In this document: positions 19,392-30,011 of the stretch, piece by piece
Layout: each line of letters starts with the position of its first letter
How positions within the stretch are numbered: position 1 is the first letter of the stretch
DNA from: an uncultured virus (IMG/VR IMGVR_UViG_3300020577_004566)
Lineage: Duplodnaviria > Heunggongvirae > Uroviricota > Caudoviricetes
Reading direction: 5' to 3' (one strand)
Length of the DNA: 64,000 nucleotides
IMG/VR virus record: IMGVR_UViG_3300020577_004566
Notes under the pieces: generated by a model
Database searches by the model: none
Told to the model about the DNA's origin: nothing
What the model saw: the letters and a program-made list of their open reading frames with translations, nothing else
Position numbers and translations under genes: made by a program

Positions 19392-19769
19392 ATTTACCTT
19401 GCGGCCATTACCAGTGCAACTGTAGTTACCGACATAAAGATTGATATTGCCGTTTCCCCTGGACAGCACCAGAAGGCAAAGACAAAGAAAGCAATAATAC
19501 CGACTACTGTAGAGCCGATAATGATCTTGCTTTTGATTTTCATCTACTCATCTCTCCAAAGAGGTCGATTATCGGTTTCAGGGTTACGCGGAACCTGACC
19601 TGATCCAGGGCACACAGACCGGCACATTTTTGGGTAATCGTGCGTAGGCACTTTTCCCGGAATTGGATTTTTCCTTTTCTTTTCCTCGGCAGCTTGATCG
19701 TACTGCCATCCGCAATGAGGGCACATGCTCATAAATCACTCCCCATTTCAATTAGCCTCTACAGAGGCT

Positions 19770-20276
19770 CTAGCGACTGATACGGCAGTTGTTGAGAGAA
19801 ATCTTGTCTACGCCAATGAAGCCAATAGTTCCCTTGACCGTAACGACGGCACCGGGCTTGAGGTGTTGCATCCAAGGTTCAATTTCCTGATCGCCCTCCT
19901 GATGGAGAACGCCGCCTCCAATACGAGGAACTTCCAAGATAATGCCGTGGCCCTTGAACATGTAAACGTTATCGATCACTACAGCGCCGCCCTCAGCCAC
20001 TTTGAAACGCACCTTCCACTCCACCTTGGCATCGATATGATTGGCCACGGTATCATTGAATTGCTTGACCATGTCATCATACTTGAGCGAGTTGCCGGAA
20101 CGCTTGGCGATAATCTCTTGATTGGAAATAGCTAAGCGCCACCGGTAGAGATAGTGAGACGTTTTCTCTAGGCTGGAGTAGTCGAACTTCGGCTCTTCGG
20201 CCTTTGCCTTTTTATCTTGCGCCTGAACCGGCGACGGAATCAGCAGAAACACCAAAACCAGCAATCGAGCTAACAT
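19770..20276 (-). CDS. Secreted hypothetical protein
   Basis: Signal peptide MLARLLVLVFLLIPSPVQA; CAAGGAG RBS. Confidence 0.65.
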   Translation of the reverse strand: MLARLLVLVFLLIPSPVQAQDKKAKAEEPKFDYSSLEKTSHYLYRWRLAISNQEIIAKRSGNSLKYDDMVKQFNDTVANHIDAKVEWKVRFKVAEGGAVVIDNVYMFKGHGIILEVPRIGGGVLHQEGDQEIEPWMQHLKPGAVVTVKGTIGFIGVDKISLNNCRISR

Positions 20277-20420
20277 GATCGTTCTCCTTGTTGAGTTTGC
20301 CGGATCACTCACCCGTCCCGGCTGAAAGGCCAACTTAGACGTTAAGGAGTTACCTTGAAGGCCCTTGGTTATCGCCCCCGCTTGCCCAGTGGCGACTAAT
20401 TCCATTTTACCCAGTTAATC

Positions 20421-22916
20421 CTATCCCACCTTGTAGTTGGCGGCAAATCCTTTTCGCTTGTCGCTGCCATCTACATGGAAATCTTCGTCCAAAGTAATGC
20501 CATATTTAAGGGCAAGACCACGATATTCCTCGATTCCATTCGTGCAGTGCCAGATTATACCTTCCTTACGGACGTTTCGGCGCTCACCCAACAAAGGCCA
20601 CACCCACCGATTACCTATTTCACACTCGCCTTTTTCGTCCTTCCAGGGCATCACGCCAAAGTGCTGGCACATAATGTGATTGTAATGCAATTCCACAACA
20701 GGCGCGTAACTGTTCCGGCCCTGCAGGTCGCGATAAGCACCGCTATCAAACCACTTGTTCACATTAAGCAGGCAACATTCTGATCGCACATAGAGCCGTG
20801 TATCATTGTCGATACAGTTGTTTGTTCCAGTGGCATGACCGGACGCCAGCAGGCCAGCAGCGCCATCCTGCAGCCACCTGTCGATATTGACGATATGCCG
20901 ATGACTCAGCTTGCAAACGACGTCCAGCTTTTCGACCTTACCCCACTGAATGGCTTTCCAAAAAACGGTAGAATCCCCACGATGGTGCCCATAGTTCTCC
21001 GGATTGGGCCAATACTTAACGTGGGGATATTTCTTAGCAAGATTCTGGTGAGCAATCTGCTTGGCGCTTCCAGGAACGCTATCATCGCAAAGCAGTATCG
21101 GGACGCCGCCGCATTTGTCGCCAATAATCTGTATCTGCAGCTCAGCCAGCCTAGGAAGATTGTAGCACCCCAGCGCCACGCCGATGCGCTCCCAATTAAA
21201 GCATCTCGACACAGCCCACGCAAGCTTATCCCCAAGCACAGTAGACTCAAGAGAGCATCCACACAGAGAGCAGGCGTCGATATCTTTGTTTCTGAACTGG
21301 CACTTGTTGCACTTCTCGCGCCGATGCGCCTTTTCGTCTGCAGGCACCAGCCTAGAGCCGTTGGCAACATGCTCCGCCAGCGACGATAAGTAATTGGCCG
21401 ACCGCTTAAAGAATGATGGTAGCTCCGGCTCAACATTAAGAAATGGAACCACATCAGCACTAAGAGCGTAAACAGAGACTGAGTGAGCGCGCTCAATCAG
21501 TGCCCAGCCATACTTGACCGCCGCTTCGATGATTGCCTTTTCAACGCCCGGAAACAGCTTGCCCACGTCGTGAAACATGATTACGCCATTCTTGACGAGT
21601 AAGGGCAATACTGCCTCTATATCATTCGCCACGCTATCATAATCATGGTCACCATCAATAAGGATCGTATCGAACTTTTCCGTTATGCTCTTGGCCGATT
21701 CGCTGGCCTCGCCTGGAATCAGCTTAAGAGGACACTTGCAGCGCCAGCCGATAGACCGCTGAATCTCTTCAGTAGAGAAGCCGAATCCGTCAGGATCGAA
21801 TCTATCCAGACAGGTCACCGACTTAGCTACAGAGCCAGCGATGGCAGCGCTGTAGCCGCCGTATGTGCCAAGCTCAAGATATCGATTGCCCTTGGCATAC
21901 TTCCTGACAAGCTGAGACTCCGCGTAGGTCATCCACTGACTTCCAGGCAGGTCAAGAGGCAGCTCCCAGCCTGGATGGATATCGGGGTCTCCTAGCGAAA
22001 GCATCTGTAGAGGCTCTGCGATTTCTCTCAGTCTGCGCTTGAGCCAGTCAATGCGATGCGAATAAGGCGCAGTCTTGCCGTTGACCATACCGAACCCTGC
22101 AGCATGCCAGATCATGACAGAGCCAGTCTCTTTATTCGGCCTGTCTCTATCTATCCACCACTGCCAGTTATACGCCCTCTTGAGATTCACCCAATTGAGC
22201 TTTTGCTTAAAGATATTGATGTTTACAAGGCTCTGCTCTGCGCAGTGACTTTCAAGGAATGGCTTCTTGGGAGGATCGAACATTCCTTTGTGCCGACGAC
22301 TACAGACGATCACTCCGGAATTGAGGCACCACGGGATTTCAACCGGCTCATGACCTTGCGACTCCTGGAGATGCTTGTACTCGTTCTCCAGCCATTTTTC
22401 GACCGTGCTGGCAGCTATGGCCGCGTAGTCATCGTGCATGCCAATGCATGATTCAGGAACGATATCGAATAGGCTTGGACATTCAGGTGACACGACTATG
22501 TCAATATCAAGAAAGATGATTCGCTCATAGTGATCAAGGTAGTTGCCAGCCTGGAGTTTTTGGATCAGCCCGAACTGAGTGTTGTCGCCACTGATTACAT
22601 GGAAATCAGCTCCTATACGATTCGCATACGCGCGTAGATTGTCGCCCGTCACCGCGTGCATAAGCCTGCCTTCGTGATTGACGGCACATGTAATAACAGC
22701 ATACTTACTGGACGTGCATAGCTTGAGCTTGGGAAGATAAGGAGGATTCACCCACACCGGCGTTTTGATGCCTACATCATTATCCCAAATGGCGCGTCGA
22801 TTGATGCTTTCCGTATCTTCGCCAACAGCCCACTTGTGGTGATGGCCGTTGTGATATCGCTTGTGGCGCTCACACCAGTTTTCTGCGTTGCCTTTTTTTG
22901 TCAGGACACAAATCAT
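20421..22916 (-). CDS. Multidomain protein: GT8-like glycosyltransferase, SAM methyltransferase, Cys cluster and a second GT-A-like domain
   Basis: IIFLDIDIVV/LNSGV/EQSLVN; YLELGTYGGYS/IDGDHDY/IMFHD; CNKC..CSLCGC; ILLCDD. Confidence 0.8.
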   Translation of the reverse strand: MICVLTKKGNAENWCERHKRYHNGHHHKWAVGEDTESINRRAIWDNDVGIKTPVWVNPPYLPKLKLCTSSKYAVITCAVNHEGRLMHAVTGDNLRAYANRIGADFHVISGDNTQFGLIQKLQAGNYLDHYERIIFLDIDIVVSPECPSLFDIVPESCIGMHDDYAAIAASTVEKWLENEYKHLQESQGHEPVEIPWCLNSGVIVCSRRHKGMFDPPKKPFLESHCAEQSLVNINIFKQKLNWVNLKRAYNWQWWIDRDRPNKETGSVMIWHAAGFGMVNGKTAPYSHRIDWLKRRLREIAEPLQMLSLGDPDIHPGWELPLDLPGSQWMTYAESQLVRKYAKGNRYLELGTYGGYSAAIAGSVAKSVTCLDRFDPDGFGFSTEEIQRSIGWRCKCPLKLIPGEASESAKSITEKFDTILIDGDHDYDSVANDIEAVLPLLVKNGVIMFHDVGKLFPGVEKAIIEAAVKYGWALIERAHSVSVYALSADVVPFLNVEPELPSFFKRSANYLSSLAEHVANGSRLVPADEKAHRREKCNKCQFRNKDIDACSLCGCSLESTVLGDKLAWAVSRCFNWERIGVALGCYNLPRLAELQIQIIGDKCGGVPILLCDDSVPGSAKQIAHQNLAKKYPHVKYWPNPENYGHHRGDSTVFWKAIQWGKVEKLDVVCKLSHRHIVNIDRWLQDGAAGLLASGHATGTNNCIDNDTRLYVRSECCLLNVNKWFDSGAYRDLQGRNSYAPVVELHYNHIMCQHFGVMPWKDEKGECEIGNRWVWPLLGERRNVRKEGIIWHCTNGIEEYRGLALKYGITLDEDFHVDGSDKRKGFAANYKVG

Positions 22917-23980
22917 GGCTCATCCACATCAAGTTGAATAGTCGAACCCACGGCTGGCGCGTCAAGCGTCAAGGCTGGGTAGCACATGCCGTATCGGAAT
23001 GGAGTTCCTGGCGCGAGAGTTCCGCCAGCGCCATCGTTGTAGAAAAAACCTCCATCACAACACAAGGCATAATATCCCTTGGTCAGATCAGAGCAGATGG
23101 CTGTTTGCGTTGCTGTCGCAGCCCACTTCGGAGAACAAGTCGTCACCGTTAAAACACGAGAGCCGTTGACGCCGCTGGGAATGCCGCCAACACGCTTTGA
23201 CCATGTGTAGTAACAAGACCATGCGGACGGCGGGCTTGCCCCTAAATTACAATCAACGCAAACAACATTGACGTTCAAGACTTCCTCGTTAGAGGCAAGC
23301 ATCAATGAGCCATCATTGCAATTTACCAGATTAGTTAGTCCGCCAGCGCCATCGGAATAGCTTCCCGTGTAGAGAGCTTTGATTCGTCCTGGGAAAGGGA
23401 GGACGACGTCGGTTGATGTGCAGCTATACCCAAAAGAAGCCTTGGCAAGCGTCAAGCTTCGTGTGCCAAGGTAGCTTGACGTGATCGTGAAATCTAACGA
23501 CGCCGGGAAATAGTCGCTACCGTCGTTAATGAAGCGTCGGCACCGGCAACAGAATGTGCCGTCATCATTTCCGTCTCCGCCTGGATTAGCTCCGCCGCCT
23601 CCGCTTCCTGATCCGCTGCCACTGCCGCTACCGTATCCACTGCCACTAGCGCCCGACCCTCCTGAAGTCGCACATTGATTGCACACCGGGACAACAACCG
23701 GGACGTGATTGATATTGCCGAAGAGCCGGGCTAAGTAGATTTCACCGTCGATCAGTGATCCGTCCGGATTGCAAAGGCCACGCGGAGCAGCGATTAGAGG
23801 CGCTCTTTCGCCGCCCCCACTTCCTGACGACTGCTGAGCAACATTGCCGTATCTCCTGACAAGGCCATACCGACCACAATAGTCGCCAAAGGCAACAATG
23901 GGCACCCGGCCATTAGAGCCGCTCCCAGGGCCTGACAGAGCCACGTTTCCGTAGCGACGGCCTAGAAAGTACCTGCTCAT
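22913..23980 (-). CDS. Gly/Ser- and Cys-rich minor tail protein
   Basis: SGSGYGSGSGSGSGSGGGG tract; repeated RRYGNVA; lies at the end of the tail operon. Confidence 0.55.
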   Translation of the reverse strand: MSRYFLGRRYGNVALSGPGSGSNGRVPIVAFGDYCGRYGLVRRYGNVAQQSSGSGGGERAPLIAAPRGLCNPDGSLIDGEIYLARLFGNINHVPVVVPVCNQCATSGGSGASGSGYGSGSGSGSGSGGGGANPGGDGNDDGTFCCRCRRFINDGSDYFPASLDFTITSSYLGTRSLTLAKASFGYSCTSTDVVLPFPGRIKALYTGSYSDGAGGLTNLVNCNDGSLMLASNEEVLNVNVVCVDCNLGASPPSAWSCYYTWSKRVGGIPSGVNGSRVLTVTTCSPKWAATATQTAICSDLTKGYYALCCDGGFFYNDGAGGTLAPGTPFRYGMCYPALTLDAPAVGSTIQLDVDEP

Positions 23981-25464
23981 GGAGTCGGCACACCCTTGAC
24001 GTAGATTCCTTCCTTAAACGTCTTAGTGGCTGGATCATACCTGATCTCGTGCCCATTGTATTCGTCGTCACTCGTGCTTGTCGACGATCCAGAAGTCAAG
24101 AACCCGTCATTACGCCAAAGCATAGTTTCCGGTGGATAGATCGGCGCTGAACGCCACTGATAGGGACTGATCGGCTTAACGGTTTCAGGAACTATCCTTC
24201 CGCCCTCAACCTTGGCTTGGACGTTCGGATGACACCAATACTCGGTAGTCCAAGCGCCACCGCGCCCTTGCTGCTGGACGAATACGCAAGCCTGCATTGT
24301 GCCGCAGATATCTAGCGGAACCATTTCGCTCATGACGCCATGCCGTCGATATTTCCTCTTAACCAAATTGGCATAGAACTCCTCCATGCGAAACTGGGCG
24401 CGCGCAGTAATATCAGTTGCGTTGGCAAGCACGCCAGTGTACGGATCGACCCACGCTGGCATGTCATCCCAAATCTGGTGATAGGTGTTTTCCAGAAGCT
24501 TGCTGCGTTCCAGCGAGTTAAGCTGATCGTCTCCCGCGTCAATTTCCTTGATATGCTCCATATCTGCATACCACTGACCCGGCGCTTTAATAAAGACGTT
24601 TTCGCTGCCAGAATTGGTAGAGGTCTTTTGAAAGATTACTCGTACGCCCTTCGGGTAGAATGTGCTGACCGGCTCAGCCCATTCGATCTCTTCATCTCGC
24701 GCACCAAGATACTTATCAAACAGCTTTTTATTACTATCGTGGAACTCATCTTCTGTTCCGGAATTGATGAGATAGTAACCACCGTCAATATCAAGTGCCA
24801 GTGACAAAGTAAGGTAATTCAGAACGATAGTAATGGCTTGATAGTTGGTGAATGACCTGAAATCAAAACCAATAGGAATTGAATTAGGCGTTTGATCGTC
24901 TGTCAACTGCGGAGCATCTCCAGGCATCCAATCAGGCCACAGCTCATCCAGCATCTCCTGCCAAGTCCAGGGGGCCACTGTGTCAGGGTTAATTGTGTCG
25001 TCGTAAAGCTGGTCTTGCCCATAAGCAGGCGCTGGCGCATTGAAAAGCTTGAATCCCGGAAAGTCTAAGTCTAATTGCGGATGCATTCCGTAGTAGCGAT
25101 AGTCGGCGATCTCAAGAACAAACATATCACCGTCACCGCCGCCGTCAGTTGGCGCTAACGGCTCCATTCCAGTAGCCCGGACAAACACCAACCCCTCTTG
25201 CTTTTTGGTAACATTGCCCGATTGCAGGTATAGAGTGATGGGCTTGTCTTTCACGGCATTGACAAGCTTGCGTGTAACGGCAAAGTAGCCGTAGGATGGA
25301 TTCGGCCCGCTGATATCACCCCAGCGATTGGTGAGCCGGGCCAAATCAACCCGGCCAGCCACGTCAAGCCACTGCATGTGGGGACGATTCGCAAGCATCT
25401 GCACGTTGCGAAGGAATAGGCACGGCTCAAGAACCGCCATTTCATTTATAGCAATGTAAGCCAT
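23977..25464 (-). CDS. Probable tail tip / hub protein
   Basis: 495 aa, beta-rich and acidic, in the tail operon (positional). Confidence 0.5.
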   Translation of the reverse strand: MAYIAINEMAVLEPCLFLRNVQMLANRPHMQWLDVAGRVDLARLTNRWGDISGPNPSYGYFAVTRKLVNAVKDKPITLYLQSGNVTKKQEGLVFVRATGMEPLAPTDGGGDGDMFVLEIADYRYYGMHPQLDLDFPGFKLFNAPAPAYGQDQLYDDTINPDTVAPWTWQEMLDELWPDWMPGDAPQLTDDQTPNSIPIGFDFRSFTNYQAITIVLNYLTLSLALDIDGGYYLINSGTEDEFHDSNKKLFDKYLGARDEEIEWAEPVSTFYPKGVRVIFQKTSTNSGSENVFIKAPGQWYADMEHIKEIDAGDDQLNSLERSKLLENTYHQIWDDMPAWVDPYTGVLANATDITARAQFRMEEFYANLVKRKYRRHGVMSEMVPLDICGTMQACVFVQQQGRGGAWTTEYWCHPNVQAKVEGGRIVPETVKPISPYQWRSAPIYPPETMLWRNDGFLTSGSSTSTSDDEYNGHEIRYDPATKTFKEGIYVKGVPTP

Positions 25465-25999
25465 TACTTGTCCTCGTAGAGTCGGGCCAGCGCCTGAGCC
25501 TCTTTGTCTTTGCGATCAAACAAAGACCTGATATCCATCGCCCGTTCTTCGCCGTAAAGGTCTTGGTAAACTTGGCCTACCCGCTCCTTAGTTAGTTCGC
25601 CGGTAGTATCCCAGTGGATGGACTGCTTCATGCTTCGCGCCTTATCCCTGGCGTGCCAAAGGATCATCTGCTGTTCATTGGGCAGCGTAAGCACAGACGG
25701 GCCATAGAGGCAGACCATCTCTATGAGCCAGTCGCTTTTTTTGCTCGATCATCCATTACCCTATCGAATGCAGCAACCCAATCAGACACCATTGGCGCAG
25801 TAATTTCACTGGGAAGGCCCTTGCTAACCATCCATAAACGAATCTCTTCCGCAGTGTTCAGTGACTTGTCTTCCTTCGTGCGCCTGAAGGCGTCATCAAT
25901 AGCCGCCGTCAGCTCATAATAGCCAAACGTAACCAAATCCTTGCCTTCAACGACAAAGGACACTGTCGGCTTGGGCAACTCAATCCTGATCGATTCCAC
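25464..25999 (-). CDS. Tail-assembly-chaperone-like pair (25721-25999 and 25464-25718) joined by a -1 frameshift
   Basis: A AAA AAA heptamer at 25736-25742; the -1 frame reads KKSDWLIEMVC straight into the downstream ORF. Confidence 0.7.
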
Positions 26000-26039
26000 G
26001 GCATTCTCCTTGTGAACCCAATTAGCCTCCGTAGAGGCT

Positions 26040-27836
26040 CTAGCGAATCGGCGCTTTATTATCACCTTCTAGGTTACTGATTCCTAGCTCACTTGGAACT
26101 GTTATGATGGCATTATTATTGACAGGAATCTTCTGCTGTTGAGGAATGTTGCGACTGAAATCGCCGTTACCTTGGTCAGTCTTCTTAATTGGATTGCTGG
26201 CATCCATTGCAACAGGAATGTAGGGGATGACGAAATCAGTCTCCCAGACTACAGAGCCAAGAACATCTATGTCCGGGTAAGTCTCTACCTGGATAACCTC
26301 CCCACTGGGAACTTCAACCGTTTGGCCATTGATCTTGGTGAGCGAAGGGACTCCCGCAGCCGGAATGCCGATGCGCTTGATATACCCGCACAAGCGGTAT
26401 CGATTGTACGGCTGAGACACCTCTTGCACCTCGCCCTTGGTGACCGCAGTGCTTTTCTGGTCAGGTGTAAGCGGGTAATTCACCCAACGATTTCCTTCAG
26501 TTTGGCATTCGATCCAGACAACAAACTCTATGTACGCGCCAAAAGGCTGGATAATCAGCCCTTCCTGCCTTGGCGGACGCTGCCTCTTGAAGTTGCCTTG
26601 CGCCTTTCCGGGGTCTGGAATATATGGCGTTACACTGGAAATATCTATAATGACGTTCTGATCAGGCTGGCCAGCCATGCGCGTGTAAGCGCCGGTTCGA
26701 TTCGGCCCAAGGACAGCGTCGGCAGTAGCTTTATTGACCTCTTCTGTCCAAGGGAATGGTTGCCACAGGCCAGAGCGCGCAAGGATGTCCGCTGGCATGA
26801 ACGCACCATTTTTGGTGCTCGCTGCCATGATCACCCAAGCGGAAGTTAGTGACGTGGAACGCTCTCTCACCTTCTCAACTATTTCGATACCAACTGGGAA
26901 AGGTATAATCGCTCCCAACGAAGTAACCAAGCGGGCCAGCATGAATTGGAATCGAGACTGAAAAGCATCTAAGCAAGCTTGATATCCATAGCCAGTAGGA
27001 TACCTTGCATCTGGAATAGCTGTAGCGCTAAAAGTCCAAATCCACTTTGATATAGTCATCCTGTCAGCGCTGGCACTCATCTTGTGGATGATTTCCATAT
27101 TGCTGATGCCCGGTGGATTGGTCAAGCCCCGGTTTTGGTCATCCCAAAAGCTAAAGGTCACCTTGGTCTTGGCCTTGTCCACGTTCAGCTCATGGCCACG
27201 ACGATGGAACCCGATTGGGCACTCAACCTTGATGATCGAGAGGAAATAAGTCTCGATATTCCAGCCCGGTTCAACGATAGCGTTCTGGTGCCATCGGCTA
27301 CCGGCAATATCGATCTCACCGGTAATAGTGCGATCACAAAAGCCCTCAGAATCATACTTATACGAAGTAGTCCAGGTGTACTCCAGAATGTTGGGGCCAG
27401 AGAGCGCTGCACCCTTTTTCCAGGGCAAAGTAAACTTGACCTCCCACACAAAACGACAAGTGATATTCCCTAACGGCTCCCATTCGATAATTTCCGGGAA
27501 CGGCCCCCATTCAACATCTCTATTCTGCGAACTGTCCCGATTGATATAAATGTCACCGAATCCCTTGCCGACAATCGTTAGAGCGCCGCCGGGTTGAGAC
27601 AGAGTCTGCTTGATCGAATCAAAGGCACCGTCAACCGTTCCGCTGGCCGTAGCAAGATCACTGCTGAAAACCCAGCCCGATACGGAAAGAGTGTGTTCGA
27701 CGTACTTAATAGCACGTCCGTCGCTCGTCTTAACCTGTCTGCTGACAATCTTGGTTTTCACGTCGCCCGGAAAGGTAACAGAGCCGTCTTTCGTGGCGTA
27801 TATCAACGTACCAAGAGCCGCTATGTGATGCGACAT
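26040..27836 (-). CDS. Probable tail structural protein
   Basis: 598-aa beta-rich ORF directly after the tape-measure-like gene. Confidence 0.55.
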   Translation of the reverse strand: MSHHIAALGTLIYATKDGSVTFPGDVKTKIVSRQVKTSDGRAIKYVEHTLSVSGWVFSSDLATASGTVDGAFDSIKQTLSQPGGALTIVGKGFGDIYINRDSSQNRDVEWGPFPEIIEWEPLGNITCRFVWEVKFTLPWKKGAALSGPNILEYTWTTSYKYDSEGFCDRTITGEIDIAGSRWHQNAIVEPGWNIETYFLSIIKVECPIGFHRRGHELNVDKAKTKVTFSFWDDQNRGLTNPPGISNMEIIHKMSASADRMTISKWIWTFSATAIPDARYPTGYGYQACLDAFQSRFQFMLARLVTSLGAIIPFPVGIEIVEKVRERSTSLTSAWVIMAASTKNGAFMPADILARSGLWQPFPWTEEVNKATADAVLGPNRTGAYTRMAGQPDQNVIIDISSVTPYIPDPGKAQGNFKRQRPPRQEGLIIQPFGAYIEFVVWIECQTEGNRWVNYPLTPDQKSTAVTKGEVQEVSQPYNRYRLCGYIKRIGIPAAGVPSLTKINGQTVEVPSGEVIQVETYPDIDVLGSVVWETDFVIPYIPVAMDASNPIKKTDQGNGDFSRNIPQQQKIPVNNNAIITVPSELGISNLEGDNKAPIR

Positions 27837-29300
27837 TTATCGGCCCCCTATTCCTTTGAGCTTTGGACGCTCCATACTCCTGATAGCCCCGCTCATGAAG
27901 TCAGGAAAGCCTTTGTTGTCGCGGTTCATAAACTGGGCACCGCCAGCATTGAACTTGCCAATCGGATCATCTTTGTCAAAGCCATTTGAACCAAGTATGC
28001 CAATGACCTCCTGAGCATTGCGAACAGCGTCGGCAATGGCGTTTTGCGTTGACGCTGAAATACCCATATCCTCCATCTGCTTTTCCGTGAGATTAACCAT
28101 TTTGGTGAGCAGTTCTTTGTTTTCCTTGCTTACTGTGCCAGTGCCAGCAATCCATTCAAGGATGCTTGTGTACAGCTCCGAAAACGGCCTAACGATTGGC
28201 TCAATAGCTGAGGCAACTTTTGCCTCGATAATTCTCCATGCATTAGCTTGTCTGTTTTCCCGATCCTGAACACCGGCAATCTGCGCTCCGTACTCATTGG
28301 CGATGCGCATGTCCGTCCCAAGGTCTCTCAAAGTATTGCGTACGCTTTGTACTCTCAGCTCCGCAGAGAACTGAGAAACCCTGTGACCTTCCTCTAAGAG
28401 CTTAGCCTTAGCAGCGCTCCACGCCTCACTAAGTCCCATAGCAACGGCACCGGCAATGCCAAGCGCTCTTGATGCCATAGTTGCCGACGACGCTACGCTG
28501 GCAAGGCCCTGATTGACGCCGCCAGTCGTGAATGAGCCGCCCCTGCCACCCATGACGCGCTGCAATACTGCATTGGCGTTTTGAGCTATGTTCGCGCCCA
28601 TGTTAATGGTGTTGAATTGACCCTGATTAACGCCTAATTGATTGGCAAGGAACTGTCTTTGCGTTGCCTGCTGCAGTTGCTGGCGCTCGGCCATTTTCTG
28701 AGCAAGCCAGGCAGGGTCTTTTGAGTTGGCCTCGTCCTGCCTTTTTTTCTGGTCTCTTGCGTACCAATCCTCATTAACTTCTTGTTGACGTAGGCCACGG
28801 GCAGCGTCCCTGCCTTTCTTCCTTTCGTCCCTAGCATCACGTCTTGCAACGTAGTTCTCGTCACGCTCCTGCTGTCTGGCGGCGCGATCTGCGTCTCTAT
28901 CCTTCTTTTTCTGATCTTTTGTTTCCCGCCGCGCAACATAATCCTCATCACGCTCTTGCTGCCTTGCAGCACGTTCTGCATCCTTTTCCTTCTTCCTTTC
29001 GTCCCTAGCATCACGTCTTGCAACGTAGTTCTCGTCACGCTCCTGCTGTCTGGCGGCGCGATCTGCGTCCTTGGCGTCTTTCTTGGCCTTGGCAGCGTCA
29101 CGTTTATCTTGCGCGTCTTGATCACGCTTGTCTTGAGCAGCCTTGCGGAATCCGCGTACACGCTCATCGTCATCCATCATCCGAATGCCGCTGGTTGTGT
29201 ATCCAGGGCCTTTTGATGGCTGGACAAACGAAGTGCCAAAGGCGGCAGCACTAGCTGCGCCTTGGACTGGTTCGACTTGGATTCTGAGTGATTCCGACAT
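27837..29300 (-). CDS. Tape-measure-like protein with charged 29-aa repeats
   Basis: Helical, Ala/Gln/Arg-rich; follows the tail tube candidate. Confidence 0.6.
   Translation of the reverse strand: MSESLRIQVEPVQGAASAAAFGTSFVQPSKGPGYTTSGIRMMDDDERVRGFRKAAQDKRDQDAQDKRDAAKAKKDAKDADRAARQQERDENYVARRDARDERKKEKDAERAARQQERDEDYVARRETKDQKKKDRDADRAARQQERDENYVARRDARDERKKGRDAARGLRQQEVNEDWYARDQKKRQDEANSKDPAWLAQKMAERQQLQQATQRQFLANQLGVNQGQFNTINMGANIAQNANAVLQRVMGGRGGSFTTGGVNQGLASVASSATMASRALGIAGAVAMGLSEAWSAAKAKLLEEGHRVSQFSAELRVQSVRNTLRDLGTDMRIANEYGAQIAGVQDRENRQANAWRIIEAKVASAIEPIVRPFSELYTSILEWIAGTGTVSKENKELLTKMVNLTEKQMEDMGISASTQNAIADAVRNAQEVIGILGSNGFDKDDPIGKFNAGGAQFMNRDNKGFPDFMSGAIRSMERPKLKGIGGR
28740..29069 (-). 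repeat. 87-bp tandem repeat (about 4 units) inside the tape-measure-like gene
   Basis: 80 bp at 28816-28895 and 28990-29069 are identical (offset 174 = 2 x 87); peptide DRAARQQERDENYVARRDARDERKK. Confidence 0.9.
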
Positions 29301-29327
29301 TAGAGCCTCTACGGATGCTCTGCGCTA

Positions 29328-29873
29328 TTATGTAGCCGTATAGAGGACATAATCGCTTGAAGAGGCATAGAGCAGTAAATCAAAGTTCATCGAATACTTA
29401 CGCGCTGCTGGCCCGTAATAAAACTCGATATCTTGATCAGCCATAGCTTTCAGCTTGCCGAATGTGACCGTTGCAGGGCCATGAGTTGCGGCTGGCGTAT
29501 TGGCTACCGCCGTCAATACCAGAGAACTAGCATTGTCACTGCCCAGTCGGCCCATAGCTGCAGTGGCATTGACGACAATCCACTTTGTTGACCCAGAAGG
29601 CGCTACCACAACCCAAGGATAGGTCATCTTGAGCATGCTGGCACGCCACTCGATAAACGTAGTGGTAAGAATGCCGCGACAGCCCTGGAACACGGTATCG
29701 ATCAGTGATCGGCCATAGGCGTCACTCCTGGAGATTTCTTCCTCCAGGATTCTGATCCTGCTCCTCCACCCGTCTTCTGTCAAGTTGATCGTTTCAGATG
29801 ACCCTGAAACGCCAGCAAGAACGGGCGTATTGGCGGCTGTATAAGGGCCAGCAGCAAAGTTTCCTAGTGGCAT
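29328..29873 (-). CDS. Probable major tail tube protein
   Basis: 181 aa, Thr/Ala/Ser-rich, upstream of the tape-measure-like gene. Confidence 0.55.
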   Translation of the reverse strand: MPLGNFAAGPYTAANTPVLAGVSGSSETINLTEDGWRSRIRILEEEISRSDAYGRSLIDTVFQGCRGILTTTFIEWRASMLKMTYPWVVVAPSGSTKWIVVNATAAMGRLGSDNASSLVLTAVANTPAATHGPATVTFGKLKAMADQDIEFYYGPAARKYSMNFDLLLYASSSDYVLYTAT

Positions 29874-30011
29874 CTCTTAACTCCCTGCGCGTGCTCTATG
29901 GCCTTCTCGATTATCTTCTCAGGATCGGCCCTGTGCATAGTGATCAGCAGAACCAAATCGTAATAACATTCCAGCAGTCTGCCGGTAGTAATCTCCCATT
30001 CGATATAGGGA

